DNA from: Burkholderiales bacterium
GTDB lineage: Bacteria; Pseudomonadota; Gammaproteobacteria; Burkholderiales; SG8-41
Direction: 5' to 3'
DNA length: 64,000 bases
NCBI GenBank assembly: GCA_038316355.1
Contig: JBBQAO010000009.1
Coordinates: 9,336-73,335, forward strand
The position numbers were made by a program, and so were the translations under genes. This document shows, piece by piece, positions 40,721-48,726 of this stretch (positions within the stretch are counted from its first letter, which is position 1; each line of letters begins with the position of its first letter). The notes under the pieces are model-generated. The model saw nothing but the letters and a program-made list of their open reading frames with translations, was not told where the DNA came from and did no database searches.

Positions 40721-41517
40721 TTTATATTTGCTTTGAGCAGATGGTCTGCGAGTTCAACAAAACCGGCGCCGGCGGCGGCGACAGTAACATAAGCAGGTTC
40801 GTGCGCCAGGCGGCCGGCGAATTCACAGATGTTGGCGACGCCGACTGCATGCGGGAAATGGCTGAACATCGGCGCATCGTTCGGCGAGTCGCCGACAAAG
40901 ACGTACTCGGCGCGTGCGGCATCCAGATCAATGCCGAAACATTCCGCGTACAGCCGGCGCGTCATCGCCAGCTTGTCGTAGTCGCCGAACCAGCCGTTGA
41001 CGTGGATGGAACTGATTTTCGCCGTCAATCCGCAGCTTTGCATGAGCGCGACGATGCGCTGCACGGCGGCATCGGGCAGCCGCGGCACATCTTCGCAAAA
41101 ATCAATGGCAAGATCGGTTTCCCGGTACTGCTGGTCGGCGGCGATGGCGGCGCCGGGCACGGCGGCGAGAATTTCTTCGGCGATGACGGCAAGTGCTGCA
41201 CGGTGCTGTGTGCGTATCGCCGGACTGTCAACGTATTGCCGTTGCATCGTGCGCGCGGCGTGATCGTAGCGGAAATAAAACGCACCATTCTCGCCCACCA
41301 CCGCATCAACCGGCCACATCCGCGCGATGTGGTCGCACCAGCCGGCTGGCCGGCCGGTGATCGGCACCACGGTCAGGCCGGCGTTGTGCAGGCGCTCGAG
41401 CGCAGTGTAAGCCTGCGCCGTCAACCGGCCGTCGCTGGTGAGCGTGTCGTCGATGTCGCACAGCACGCCGCGTACGACGCGTCGTGCCGCAATGCCGAAT
41501 GCCGACAGCGCCTGCAT
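40717..41517 (-). CDS. HAD-IIB family hydrolase
   Basis: DxDxT motif (LCDIDDTLT) and C-terminal GDSPNDAPMF. ATG 41517 overlaps the upstream stop (TGATG). The track start at 41556 is also possible. Confidence 0.75.
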   Translation of the reverse strand: MQALSAFGIAARRVVRGVLCDIDDTLTSDGRLTAQAYTALERLHNAGLTVVPITGRPAGWCDHIARMWPVDAVVGENGAFYFRYDHAARTMQRQYVDSPAIRTQHRAALAVIAEEILAAVPGAAIAADQQYRETDLAIDFCEDVPRLPDAAVQRIVALMQSCGLTAKISSIHVNGWFGDYDKLAMTRRLYAECFGIDLDAARAEYVFVGDSPNDAPMFSHFPHAVGVANICEFAGRLAHEPAYVTVAAAGAGFVELADHLLKANIK

Positions 41518-42122
41518 CAGTAACATTCCTCCTGTCCGGCCGGCTGGACCGGGCACACAACGAAGCCGAATCGCGCCGGCACTTCGGCGACGCGTACCGG
41601 TTTGACCCGAATGCGCGTCGTGCCCAGATCCAGGTCCAGCGCCGCATGGTTGCCGGCCTGCAGCGTGTCCAGCGTTGCGGCCAGCGCGGCTTCGCCGGCC
41701 TGCCCGGCGGAGCTGTTGAAGCGCGGCAACAGGGCTTCGAGATCGGCGTCATGCAACAGGCCGATGCCAAGGTCGGTGTCGAGCAGCAATTGCCCGGCAT
41801 CATCAACGTAGGCGGCGTTGATCGCGGTCGCCGCTGTGCCGCTGTGCGAAACCAGCGCCAGCGCTTCGCCCGGCAGCGAAGTCGCGCGATAAACATGCGG
41901 CGTGTAATCCAGCGTGACATAAACGCGTTGCGGCCCGTTCTGGAAAAACCAGCGGCCCTGGTCGTCATGGCTGTAGTTGCGGCCGAAAAAAGCGGCGATG
42001 CCGGGATTGGCGACGCGCTCACCCTTCAGCAGCCAGTGACCGCGGCGGTCGAGCGACAACCAGCCGTAGACCGCCGGCACATTGGGCCACTTGGCCATGC
42101 CACGAATTACGAGTTCATCCAT
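41517..42122 (-). CDS. conserved hypothetical protein (family not confidently recognised)
   Basis: 201 aa, MDELVIRGMAKWPNVPAVYGWLSLDRRGHWLLKGERV... It is first in an overlapping three-gene string with the HAD hydrolase and ltaE. Confidence 0.6.
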   Translation of the reverse strand: MDELVIRGMAKWPNVPAVYGWLSLDRRGHWLLKGERVANPGIAAFFGRNYSHDDQGRWFFQNGPQRVYVTLDYTPHVYRATSLPGEALALVSHSGTAATAINAAYVDDAGQLLLDTDLGIGLLHDADLEALLPRFNSSAGQAGEAALAATLDTLQAGNHAALDLDLGTTRIRVKPVRVAEVPARFGFVVCPVQPAGQEECY

Positions 42123-42249
42123 TGCTGGAATCCTCCGCTACGCCGGCGGTCCGGCGCTGCTTCCCGCAAACGGGCCTGCGGCTAACGGGTCCGCAGCGCG
42201 CCGGCACCTTGGGCCATTTCGCCATGCCGCGAAGCACAAGTTCATCCAT
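42115..42249 (-). other. 44-codon upstream ORF created by a duplicated copy of the 5' end of the downstream gene
   Basis: Hand translation gives MDELVLRGMAKWPKVPARCGPVSRRPVCGKQRRTAGVAEDSSNG*. The first 17 residues mirror the start of the 41517-42122 gene. Its TGA (42117-42115) overlaps that gene's ATG (42122-42120). Confidence 0.45.
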
Positions 42250-42310
42250 GACTTCAATTTATCACAGCCGCGGTCGGGCCCGACCCGGTGTCCGCTGTGC
42301 AATGCGGATA

Positions 42311-43042
42311 TCAGGCTGACAGGGATCGTGGTGTGGTTTTCGCGGGTGGCAGCAGCCGGGCCAATTCCTTCTTGATCACGGCGTAACACTCACAGGTGCG
42401 GGTTTCCAGTCCGGAGCGCTCAAGCACTGTAATGTGGCCGCGGCGGTAGCTGATAAACCCCGCACGCTGCAACGCCCCGGCCGCTTCCGTAATACCTTCC
42501 CGGCGCACGCCGAGCGTGTTCGCGATCAATTCCTGCGTCATGATTAATTCGCGTGATGAGGCGCGATCTACGGTAAACAACAGCCAGCGGCACAACTGTT
42601 GTTCCACGGAGTGGTGCCGGTTGCACGCCGCAGTTTGCGCCATTACGGTGATCAGCCCCTGGGTATAACGCAGCAACAAGAGTTGCAGCGCTCCGCCACG
42701 CTCGAATTCCCCTTTAAGGAGACTTGCCTTGAGCCGGTAGCCGTAACCCGCGGTCTGCACCACCGCCGAACTGGGCGTGGTATCTCCCCCGGTGAACAGC
42801 GAAATGCCGACGATGCCTTCGTTGCCCACGCCCGCAGTCTCGGCTGAGGCGCCGGATTCCATGACATAGTGCAGCGAGACGATGGCGGTGGTCGGAAAAT
42901 AGGCGTGCTGCAGCTTTCCACCGGGTTCGTAGAGCATTTCGCCAAGCAGCATCGGAACCAGTTCCAGATGCGCAGCCAGATGCCCGAACTCCGCTGTCGG
43001 CAGGGCGGCAAGCAGATGATTTTGATGTGGATTATGCTGCAC
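42311..43042 (-). CDS. Crp/Fnr family transcriptional regulator
   Basis: cNMP-binding-like beta-roll plus a C-terminal HTH (TQELIANTLGVRREGITEAAGALQRAGFISYRRGHI). There is no N-terminal Cys cluster, so it is not a classic O2-sensing Fnr. Confidence 0.85.
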   Translation of the reverse strand: MQHNPHQNHLLAALPTAEFGHLAAHLELVPMLLGEMLYEPGGKLQHAYFPTTAIVSLHYVMESGASAETAGVGNEGIVGISLFTGGDTTPSSAVVQTAGYGYRLKASLLKGEFERGGALQLLLLRYTQGLITVMAQTAACNRHHSVEQQLCRWLLFTVDRASSRELIMTQELIANTLGVRREGITEAAGALQRAGFISYRRGHITVLERSGLETRTCECYAVIKKELARLLPPAKTTPRSLSA

Positions 43043-43072
43043 GGAGATCGCTCGCAGTCGACGTCAAAGCTT

Positions 43073-43894
43073 CTATTTTTGTGCGGTGATTTCCACGCCG
43101 ATGCCGCGGTAACCGATGAAGCGGCAGGTCTCGTCGAACTTGGGTTCTCCGCTGACCCGAAACCTTTGTTGCGAGCCGTCGCTATTGACACGGCTGAAGA
43201 CGAAATCCAGAAAGGGCTGTCGTGCGGCAATGGTGTTTCGCAGCCATTCCTGCTCCGCCTCATTCCAGCCGGTTACCGGGGCGCTGTCGCCATTTCCCGC
43301 CAGGGCGTGGACCCGGATGCCGAGCATTTCCAGGACCGGCCCGGAAACCTTGCTGAAGTTGCCCTGCTCGTCCTGTTCCCAGTACCAATCGGAGGCCAGT
43401 TCCGTCAGGCTGCGATAGCGGGCTTCGCTTTCGCGCAGCTCGGCGGTGCGTTCGCGCACGGTTTGTTCCAGTTGCTGGTTGTGCTGATCGAGTTTCTTGT
43501 ACAGCAGCCGCACTTCAAGCATGTTGCGGATGCGCGTCTTGGCCTCGACCAGATCAAACGGCTTGCTGATGAAATCCTTGGCCCCGGCCTGCAGCGCCCG
43601 CAATTTATGTCCGGGTTGGGCGGTGATCACCAGGACCGGAAGGTAACCGTCCGCATCGTTGGTCTTGAGGGCTTCAATCACCTGGAAGCCGTCCATGCCG
43701 GGCATCTGCAGGTCGAGCAGGATCAGGTCATAGCGGTTTTTGCGATGCAGCGCGCAGACTTCTTGCGGATTCATGGTCGAGGCAACACAGCTGTAGCCGG
43801 CTTCACGCAGTAATTCTTCAAGCAGGCGGACATTGGCCTCCTGATCATCCACAATCAGGATGTTGGCGTCGAGAATCTCCTGTACGGTAATCAT
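43073..43894 (-). CDS. response regulator: REC + coiled coil + PAS-like C-terminal domain
   Basis: ILIVDDQEANVRLL and DLILLDLQMPGMDG (REC), then a heptad-like linker and about 100 aa of PAS-like sequence (DWYWEQDEQGNFSKVSG). No DNA-binding domain is recognised. Confidence 0.8.
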   Translation of the reverse strand: MITVQEILDANILIVDDQEANVRLLEELLREAGYSCVASTMNPQEVCALHRKNRYDLILLDLQMPGMDGFQVIEALKTNDADGYLPVLVITAQPGHKLRALQAGAKDFISKPFDLVEAKTRIRNMLEVRLLYKKLDQHNQQLEQTVRERTAELRESEARYRSLTELASDWYWEQDEQGNFSKVSGPVLEMLGIRVHALAGNGDSAPVTGWNEAEQEWLRNTIAARQPFLDFVFSRVNSDGSQQRFRVSGEPKFDETCRFIGYRGIGVEITAQK

Positions 43895-45585
43895 TCTGCT
43901 TTTCCCTTGTCAGCGGCGCTGACTGATGTTGTCTGCGAGAATCTCAGAGCCACGTCAAGCGCATCCATGAACTCGTTGACTTTGATGGGTTTGGTGAGAT
44001 AGTTGAAGAACCCGGCTTCGAGACCCCTCTCGACATCCCGCGGCACCGCATTGGCGCTCAGAGCGACGATGGGGATATGCGCCGTTGCCGGGTCCGCCTG
44101 CAGGATTTTCATGGCTTCGATGCCGCTGATGCCGGGCAGATTGATGTCCATCAGAATCACCGCCGGCTGATGGGTCCGCGCAAACTCGATGCCGAGATTG
44201 CCGTCTGCCGCGCTCAGCAGGCGCAGATCCGGGCGACGCGCGATGAGTTGTTCGACCAGTTCCAGATTGGCCGGATTGTCTTCCACATAAAGCAGGGTGT
44301 GCAGTGGTGCCCCGTCCAGCACCCGTGATTGCGCCAGCGCCGCGTGTTGTTCGGTTTCCGCTACAAACTGCGGCGCATGCGTCAAGTTCAATTCTATCCA
44401 GAATACGCTTCCCACTCCGACAGAGCTTTCGGCGCCGATGGTGCCTTCCATCAGTTCGACCAGCCGTTTGGTCACCACCAGACCGATGCCCGTACCTTCC
44501 TCAGCGCCGGTCTCCTTGCCGAGACGATTGAACGGCTGGAACAGCAGTGCGAGCTGTTCCGGGGACAGTCCCACACCGGTGTCCCGTACCGAAATGCGAA
44601 TGGCATCCGCAGAGCGCACAGCGTATTCCACCGCAACCGTGCCGTTCGGCTTGTTGTACTTGATGGCGTTGAACAGCAGGTTGATCAGAATCTGCTTGAC
44701 CCGGGTCCGGTCGGCCATGACAAAGTAGGGAACGTCAAAACGCGGAAATGTCATGCTGATGCCGCGTTTCTGTGCTTGGGGTTCGATCATCGCCTGGCAT
44801 TCGAGCATGACCTCGACCAGGGAGACGGGCTCCCGCGAAAGGATCACCTTGCCCGATTCGATCAGTGCGAGATCGAGAATTTCATTGATCAGTTCCAGCA
44901 GGTACCAGCCGGCCTTGAGGATCTGGTCGAGGTTGCGCTTCTGGGAGGGCGTCGGCGAGGGGGCCCCGGATTCCATGAGCTGGGCAAAGCCGAGGATCGC
45001 ATTCAGCGGCGTACGCAATTCATGGCTCATGGCGGAGAGAAAATCCGTTTTTGCGCGGTTGGCCTGTTCCGCGGCGACCATGGCCTTGTTCAGTTCCGAT
45101 TCAACGCGCTTGCGCACCGAATTGTCGCTGCCGATCAGCAGATAGCCGATGATGTCGCCAAAGTCGTCGCGCAGCGCCGTGATCGATACGATGGCCGGAA
45201 AGCGGCGGCCATCCTTGCAGATATAGGTCAGTTCATAGTTGTCATCAATTTCACGTGAAGCCTTGAAAGCCAGTGCCTCGAAACCCGGCGCAATGGGGGT
45301 CGCCAGTTCGAGACTCAAGGCTTGGGCGTGCGCCATCACTTCCTGCGGGTCATGCAAATCGCTCGGGCTGATGCAGTTGACGACCTCGGCTGCCGTGTAG
45401 CCCAGCATGCGCTCGGCACCGACGTTGAACAACTGAATGATGCCTTTTTCGTCGGTGGCAATAATCGAGAAATTGGCGCTGGTGAGGATCGCATACTGCA
45501 AGGCGCCCGCTTTGAGCGTGGTCTTTTGGCGCTGCACTGCGGCGGCGCTGTCGGCAAGGGGGGGGCTGTTTGCTGCTTCTGGCAT
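43891..45585 (-). CDS. hybrid sensor histidine kinase/response regulator (PAS-HisKA-HATPase-REC), cytoplasmic
   Basis: PAS (IIATDEKGIIQLFNVGAERMLGY), H-box FLSAMSHELRTPLNAI, GTGIGL and C-terminal REC (LLYVEDNPANLEL, ILMDINLPGISG). The start is placed at ATG 45585. The upstream 109 codons of the track ORF look non-coding. Confidence 0.88.
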   Translation of the reverse strand: MPEAANSPPLADSAAAVQRQKTTLKAGALQYAILTSANFSIIATDEKGIIQLFNVGAERMLGYTAAEVVNCISPSDLHDPQEVMAHAQALSLELATPIAPGFEALAFKASREIDDNYELTYICKDGRRFPAIVSITALRDDFGDIIGYLLIGSDNSVRKRVESELNKAMVAAEQANRAKTDFLSAMSHELRTPLNAILGFAQLMESGAPSPTPSQKRNLDQILKAGWYLLELINEILDLALIESGKVILSREPVSLVEVMLECQAMIEPQAQKRGISMTFPRFDVPYFVMADRTRVKQILINLLFNAIKYNKPNGTVAVEYAVRSADAIRISVRDTGVGLSPEQLALLFQPFNRLGKETGAEEGTGIGLVVTKRLVELMEGTIGAESSVGVGSVFWIELNLTHAPQFVAETEQHAALAQSRVLDGAPLHTLLYVEDNPANLELVEQLIARRPDLRLLSAADGNLGIEFARTHQPAVILMDINLPGISGIEAMKILQADPATAHIPIVALSANAVPRDVERGLEAGFFNYLTKPIKVNEFMDALDVALRFSQTTSVSAADKGKAE

Positions 45586-45868
45586 GGCTTGTTTTTGTGA
45601 AAAGTGACCTCCAATCCAGAGGCGGAACTGTTTTTGTGCGGCTGCCTGCCGGGGATCACCATGGCACCCCGTCTGCAACTGCCGGAAAAAACGGCGCTTC
45701 CACGCAAACAACCATAATTGTTGTCTTGTTTCGGCGCTCCATCTGTACGCTGGCACACATATGGCAGTCCGGACCGGCGATTTTCGGCGTTTAACCCCGA
45801 TCCGCTGTGGCTGGCGTTTACAGCAGGGTTGCGGGTCTTCCGCACACCACCACAATGAAGGAGCGCCC

Positions 45869-46708
45869 ATGAAACGCCTGATTACCGTTGCGGCCGCGCT
45901 GGCCGCCTGCACCCTGTCATTGCCCGCTGCGGCGGTGGGCAGTATCGCCGATATCGTGATTCACGACCGTGCCCAGAACCGCACGCTGCCGGTCCATGTC
46001 CACGAAGGGCGGCATTATGTCGTCGGTCATCCCGGCAATGAGTATGAGGTTCGCCTGCGCAACCGGCAACTGGGCGACATCCTGACCGTGGTTTCGGTGG
46101 ACGGGGTGGACGTGATCACCGGCGACACCGCCGACTGGGGGCAAAGCGGTTATGTGCTTGGTTCGCAACAAGGTTTTGGTGTCAAAGGCTGGCGCAAAAG
46201 CCTGGATCGTACCGCTGCGTTTTATTTCACGGCGCTGCCCGATTCCTATGCCGCGCGCACCGGACGTCCCGACCATGTCGGCGTGATCGGTGTTGCGGTA
46301 TTTCGCAAAAAAGCGGAACCGGTGGTGCAGTATTTACCGCCGCGGCTGGCTCGCAACGTGGTGGAAGCCGAAGCACCAGCACCTTCGGCGATGGCCGAAG
46401 ATCGTAGTGCCGCCGGCTCTGCGCATGATGCAGCCAGCGGGGTCGGTGCGTCTGCACGCGCCGAGGCGCCGGCCAGTGCCGCGAAAAAATCCGCTCGTCT
46501 CGGTACCGGCCACGGTCGCAGCGAAACTTCGGTGGTGACGTACACCGAATTCGAACGCGCCACCGCAACACCGGCCGAGATCATCACTATTTACTACGAC
46601 AGTTACCGCAATCTGGTGGCGCAGGGCGTGATCCGCGCGCCGTCGCTGGCGCGGCCGGATCCTTTCCCCGCGCCGTTTCCGGCGCGTTTTGCGCCCGACC
46701 CACGTTGA
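45869..46708 (+). CDS. secreted protein of unknown function
   Basis: ATG 45869 is preceded by GAAGGAG. Signal peptide MKRLITVAAALAACTLSLPAAAVG, an N-terminal beta-rich domain of about 150 aa, an Ala-rich linker and a conserved-looking C-terminal block GTGHGRSETSVVTYTEFERATATPAEIITIYYDSYRNLVAQGVI. Confidence 0.6.
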   Translation: MKRLITVAAALAACTLSLPAAAVGSIADIVIHDRAQNRTLPVHVHEGRHYVVGHPGNEYEVRLRNRQLGDILTVVSVDGVDVITGDTADWGQSGYVLGSQQGFGVKGWRKSLDRTAAFYFTALPDSYAARTGRPDHVGVIGVAVFRKKAEPVVQYLPPRLARNVVEAEAPAPSAMAEDRSAAGSAHDAASGVGASARAEAPASAAKKSARLGTGHGRSETSVVTYTEFERATATPAEIITIYYDSYRNLVAQGVIRAPSLARPDPFPAPFPARFAPDPR

Positions 46709-46756
46709 TTTGACCCACGTTGATCTCCCCCGCGTTGATTTCAGCGTCGTTGATTC
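46697..46756 (+). repeat. 4 x 15-bp tandem repeat (core CGTTGAT)
   Basis: GACCCACGTTGATTT / GACCCACGTTGATCT / CCCCCGCGTTGATTT / CAGCGTCGTTGATTC. The array spans the stop codon of the upstream gene and lies 68 bp before the ECF sigma ATG. Confidence 0.85.
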
Positions 46757-46823
46757 CATGGTGGATGCAGTACTACAGCCGGGTTGCCGGTATGCGGAGG
46801 CTTCTGCATACTGGCACCCCGTT

Positions 46824-47387
46824 ATGTCTACGGATACCGACGCCACCGATGAAGCACTGATGCTCGGTTATCGCGATGGCGATGCGGCAGCCTTTGATGT
46901 GCTCTACAGCCGCCACAAAGGCGGCATTTACCGTTATCTGCTGCGCCAGTGCCGCAACGCGGCGCAGGCCGACGAACTGTTCCAGGATGTGTGGATGAAT
47001 CTGATCCGCGGCCGCGCCGGGTATAAGGCGCAGGCGAAATTTTCGACTTGGCTCTACCGGATAGCCCATAACCGGCTGATGGACCACTTTCGCCGTGACG
47101 ATGCCGCTGTATCGCTGGATGACGAGTCGGTGTCGGTCGATGAGCCGGTGGCGCCGCGCAGTGTTGAGCCGGAAGTCAGTGCGACGTCCCGGCAACAGGC
47201 GGCGCAACTGCTGGCTTTGCTCGATGATTTGCCGGAAGAACAGCGCGAGGCTTTTGTGCTGCAGCAGGAGGGCGGACTGAGCATTGAGGAAATTGCTGCC
47301 GCCACCGGCGTCAACCGTGAAACGGCGAAAAGCCGCCTGCGTTATGCGCTGGCGAAACTGCGGCAGGGGATGCAGGCATGGCAATGA
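46824..47387 (+). CDS. ECF-type RNA polymerase sigma factor
   Basis: Region 2 (AAFDVLYSRHKGGIYRYLLRQC, ELFQDVWMNLI) and region 4 (EQREAFVLQQEGGLSIEEIAAATGVNRETAKSRLRYALAKLR). Confidence 0.9.
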   Translation: MSTDTDATDEALMLGYRDGDAAAFDVLYSRHKGGIYRYLLRQCRNAAQADELFQDVWMNLIRGRAGYKAQAKFSTWLYRIAHNRLMDHFRRDDAAVSLDDESVSVDEPVAPRSVEPEVSATSRQQAAQLLALLDDLPEEQREAFVLQQEGGLSIEEIAAATGVNRETAKSRLRYALAKLRQGMQAWQ

Positions 47388-48217
47388 CCCCGGGGCCTGA
47401 CAAAGTCGATATCGAAAACGATCTGCAACTGGCGGCGATGTATCGCGCCGGCGCAGATGCCGCGCCGCCGGCACACTTGGACGACGCGATCCGCGCTGCG
47501 GCACGGCGCGAGGTGGCCGCGGGTCCGCGTCGTGCCGGCGCCCGTCGCTGGGCGCTGCCGGTTTCGCTGGCTGCGGTGCTGGTGCTGTCGGTCAGCGCGG
47601 TGACGATGATGCGCGAACAGGGGGCCGATCGTCCAGATTCGATGATTTCGCCGCCGGAAGCCCCGACCATGACTCCGCCACGTGAGATTGCACAGCCACC
47701 AGTCACGGCTGCGGCGGAAACCACGCCCAAACGCCGGTCGGTCACGTCGCCGCCGGTTACGGCGGCGGATGCACCCGCCGCGCAGGCCGGACCACCGGTG
47801 CCAGCGCAGGCAATGTCCGGTCGCGTTGCCGAAGCGGAGCGGGCTGTGCCCGAATCCCGCGCCAAAGCTGCTGCGGCTGAATCCAATCGCACCGAAGCAC
47901 CGGTTGCCGCCAGCCGTGACTACACGGTATCGCAGCCGCTGCTGCGGTCTGCGCCGGCGTCGATGGCCGCAGAAATGTCGGACGGTGCTGGCGCATCGGC
48001 ATCGGCCAAAGCCGCTGCACCGGCACCGGCCGCTGCCCTGTCGGCGGTCCCGGCAAGGGGCGCGCTGTGGCAGGACTTGCTCAGGGAACCGCCGGAAAAA
48101 TGGATCCAGCGCATCGCTGAGTTGCGCCGCACCGGCAAAACAGCCGATGCCGATACGCTGGCGGCCGAGTTCCGCCGGCGTTTTCCGGATCAGCGGCTAC
48201 CGGATGAGGCGCGCTGA
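47378..48217 (+). CDS. putative anti-sigma factor (single-pass membrane, Ala/Pro-rich)
   Basis: Overlaps the sigma gene stop (ATGGCAATGA). It has a short cytoplasmic N-terminus, the TM segment WALPVSLAAVLVLSVSAVTMM, a low-complexity region and a conserved-looking C-terminus WIQRIAELRRTGKTADADTLAAEFRRRFPDQRLP. Confidence 0.6.
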   Translation: MAMTPGPDKVDIENDLQLAAMYRAGADAAPPAHLDDAIRAAARREVAAGPRRAGARRWALPVSLAAVLVLSVSAVTMMREQGADRPDSMISPPEAPTMTPPREIAQPPVTAAAETTPKRRSVTSPPVTAADAPAAQAGPPVPAQAMSGRVAEAERAVPESRAKAAAAESNRTEAPVAASRDYTVSQPLLRSAPASMAAEMSDGAGASASAKAAAPAPAAALSAVPARGALWQDLLREPPEKWIQRIAELRRTGKTADADTLAAEFRRRFPDQRLPDEAR

Positions 48218-48220
48218 GAG

Positions 48221-48409
48221 ATGACGGCCGGTCTCGACTCCAAACCGGAAAAACCGCCGGCCCCCGAACCCTGGGAGTGCTGCCAGAGCGGTTGCGAGCC
48301 CTGTGTTTATGATCGGTATTGGGAAGCGCTCACTGACTACGAAGCCGCGCTCCGGACCTGGGAGGCACGCCAGGCCGAAGCGCTGCCTGATCCCCAAGAC
48401 GAACTATAA
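48221..48409 (+). CDS. small oxidoreductase-like-domain protein (Cys-rich)
   Basis: 62 aa with the motif PEPWECCQSGCEPCVYDRYWEAL. It starts 4 nt after the anti-sigma stop. Confidence 0.6.
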   Translation: MTAGLDSKPEKPPAPEPWECCQSGCEPCVYDRYWEALTDYEAALRTWEARQAEALPDPQDEL

Positions 48410-48587
48410 GTGATTGTTTTTATTAATTTTTTAAACAAGAGTTGGTGCCATTCTGCGCTTGTGTCCGGCAGCAATGAACTCTTTGCCGCAGTGCAGTTCA
48501 AATCCCTGCCATTTGCCCGGTTTAACCCCGGGTGCGACGCCTGAAAATACTTAAATTCTTTTATAAACAAAGAGTTATATTTTTGTT

Positions 48588-48599
48588 GCGTTGCAACGC
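48588..48599. promoter_or_regulatory. perfect 12-bp palindrome GCGTTGCAACGC in the AT-rich spacer
   Basis: Verified by eye. It lies about 60 bp upstream of the candidate -35 at 48661. Confidence 0.3.
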
Positions 48600-48660
48600 G
48601 TGTTGCCGTTACACTCCGCCCCCGGCCGTTTTCCCGACTTGATGAAAATCGGTGACAGGG

Positions 48661-48689
48661 TTGCGGTCCATGGCTTGAACACCTAGAAT
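48661..48689 (+). promoter_or_regulatory. candidate sigma-70 promoter with hexamers identical to the nrdA promoter (TTGCGG-17-TAGAAT)
   Basis: TTGCGG at 48661-48666 and TAGAAT at 48684-48689, with a 17-bp spacer, about 145 nt upstream of the SLT gene ATG. Confidence 0.5.
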
Positions 48690-48726
48690 TGGCCAGTTTT
48701 TTTGAGTAGCCCACAACCTGTAGTGG
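48680..48726 (+). promoter_or_regulatory. second tandem NrdR-box-like operator
   Basis: CACCTAGAATTGG (48680-48692) and CCACAACCTGTAGTGG (48711-48726). An 18-bp gap separates TAGAATTGG from CCACAAC, the same as at nrdA. Confidence 0.45.

Noticed and set aside
42138-42389. 83-aa minus-strand ORF spanning the duplicated region upstream of 42122.
   Set aside because: It is in a different frame from the duplicated N-terminal coding sequence, overlaps the 3' end of the Crp-family gene, and has an Arg/Ala/Gly/Pro-rich composition. The 44-codon frame reported as a feature explains the sequence conservation better.
46689-46823. Pentapeptide-like repeat HVDLTHVDLPRVDFSVVDS at the start of the 232-aa track ORF for the ECF sigma.
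   Set aside because: It is the translation of the 15-bp DNA tandem repeat. Sigma region 2 homology begins only after ATG 46824, so the repeat is treated as non-coding DNA.
48441-48460. Possible sigma-54 promoter TGGTGCCATTCTGCG, a candidate target of the PilR-like activator.
   Set aside because: The GG-to-GC spacing is one base short of the canonical GG-N10-GC, and the -12 region is TGCG, not TTGC. TGGCACCCCGTTATG at 46812 was also rejected, because it lacks the -12 GC.
48490-48515. GTTCAAATCC T-loop-like motif as evidence for a tRNA, tmRNA or tRNA fragment.
   Set aside because: The flanking bases do not form a 5-bp T-stem (GTGCAG against CCCTGC pairs poorly). I could not build an acceptor or anticodon arm. 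It is kept only as a remark within the spacer finding.
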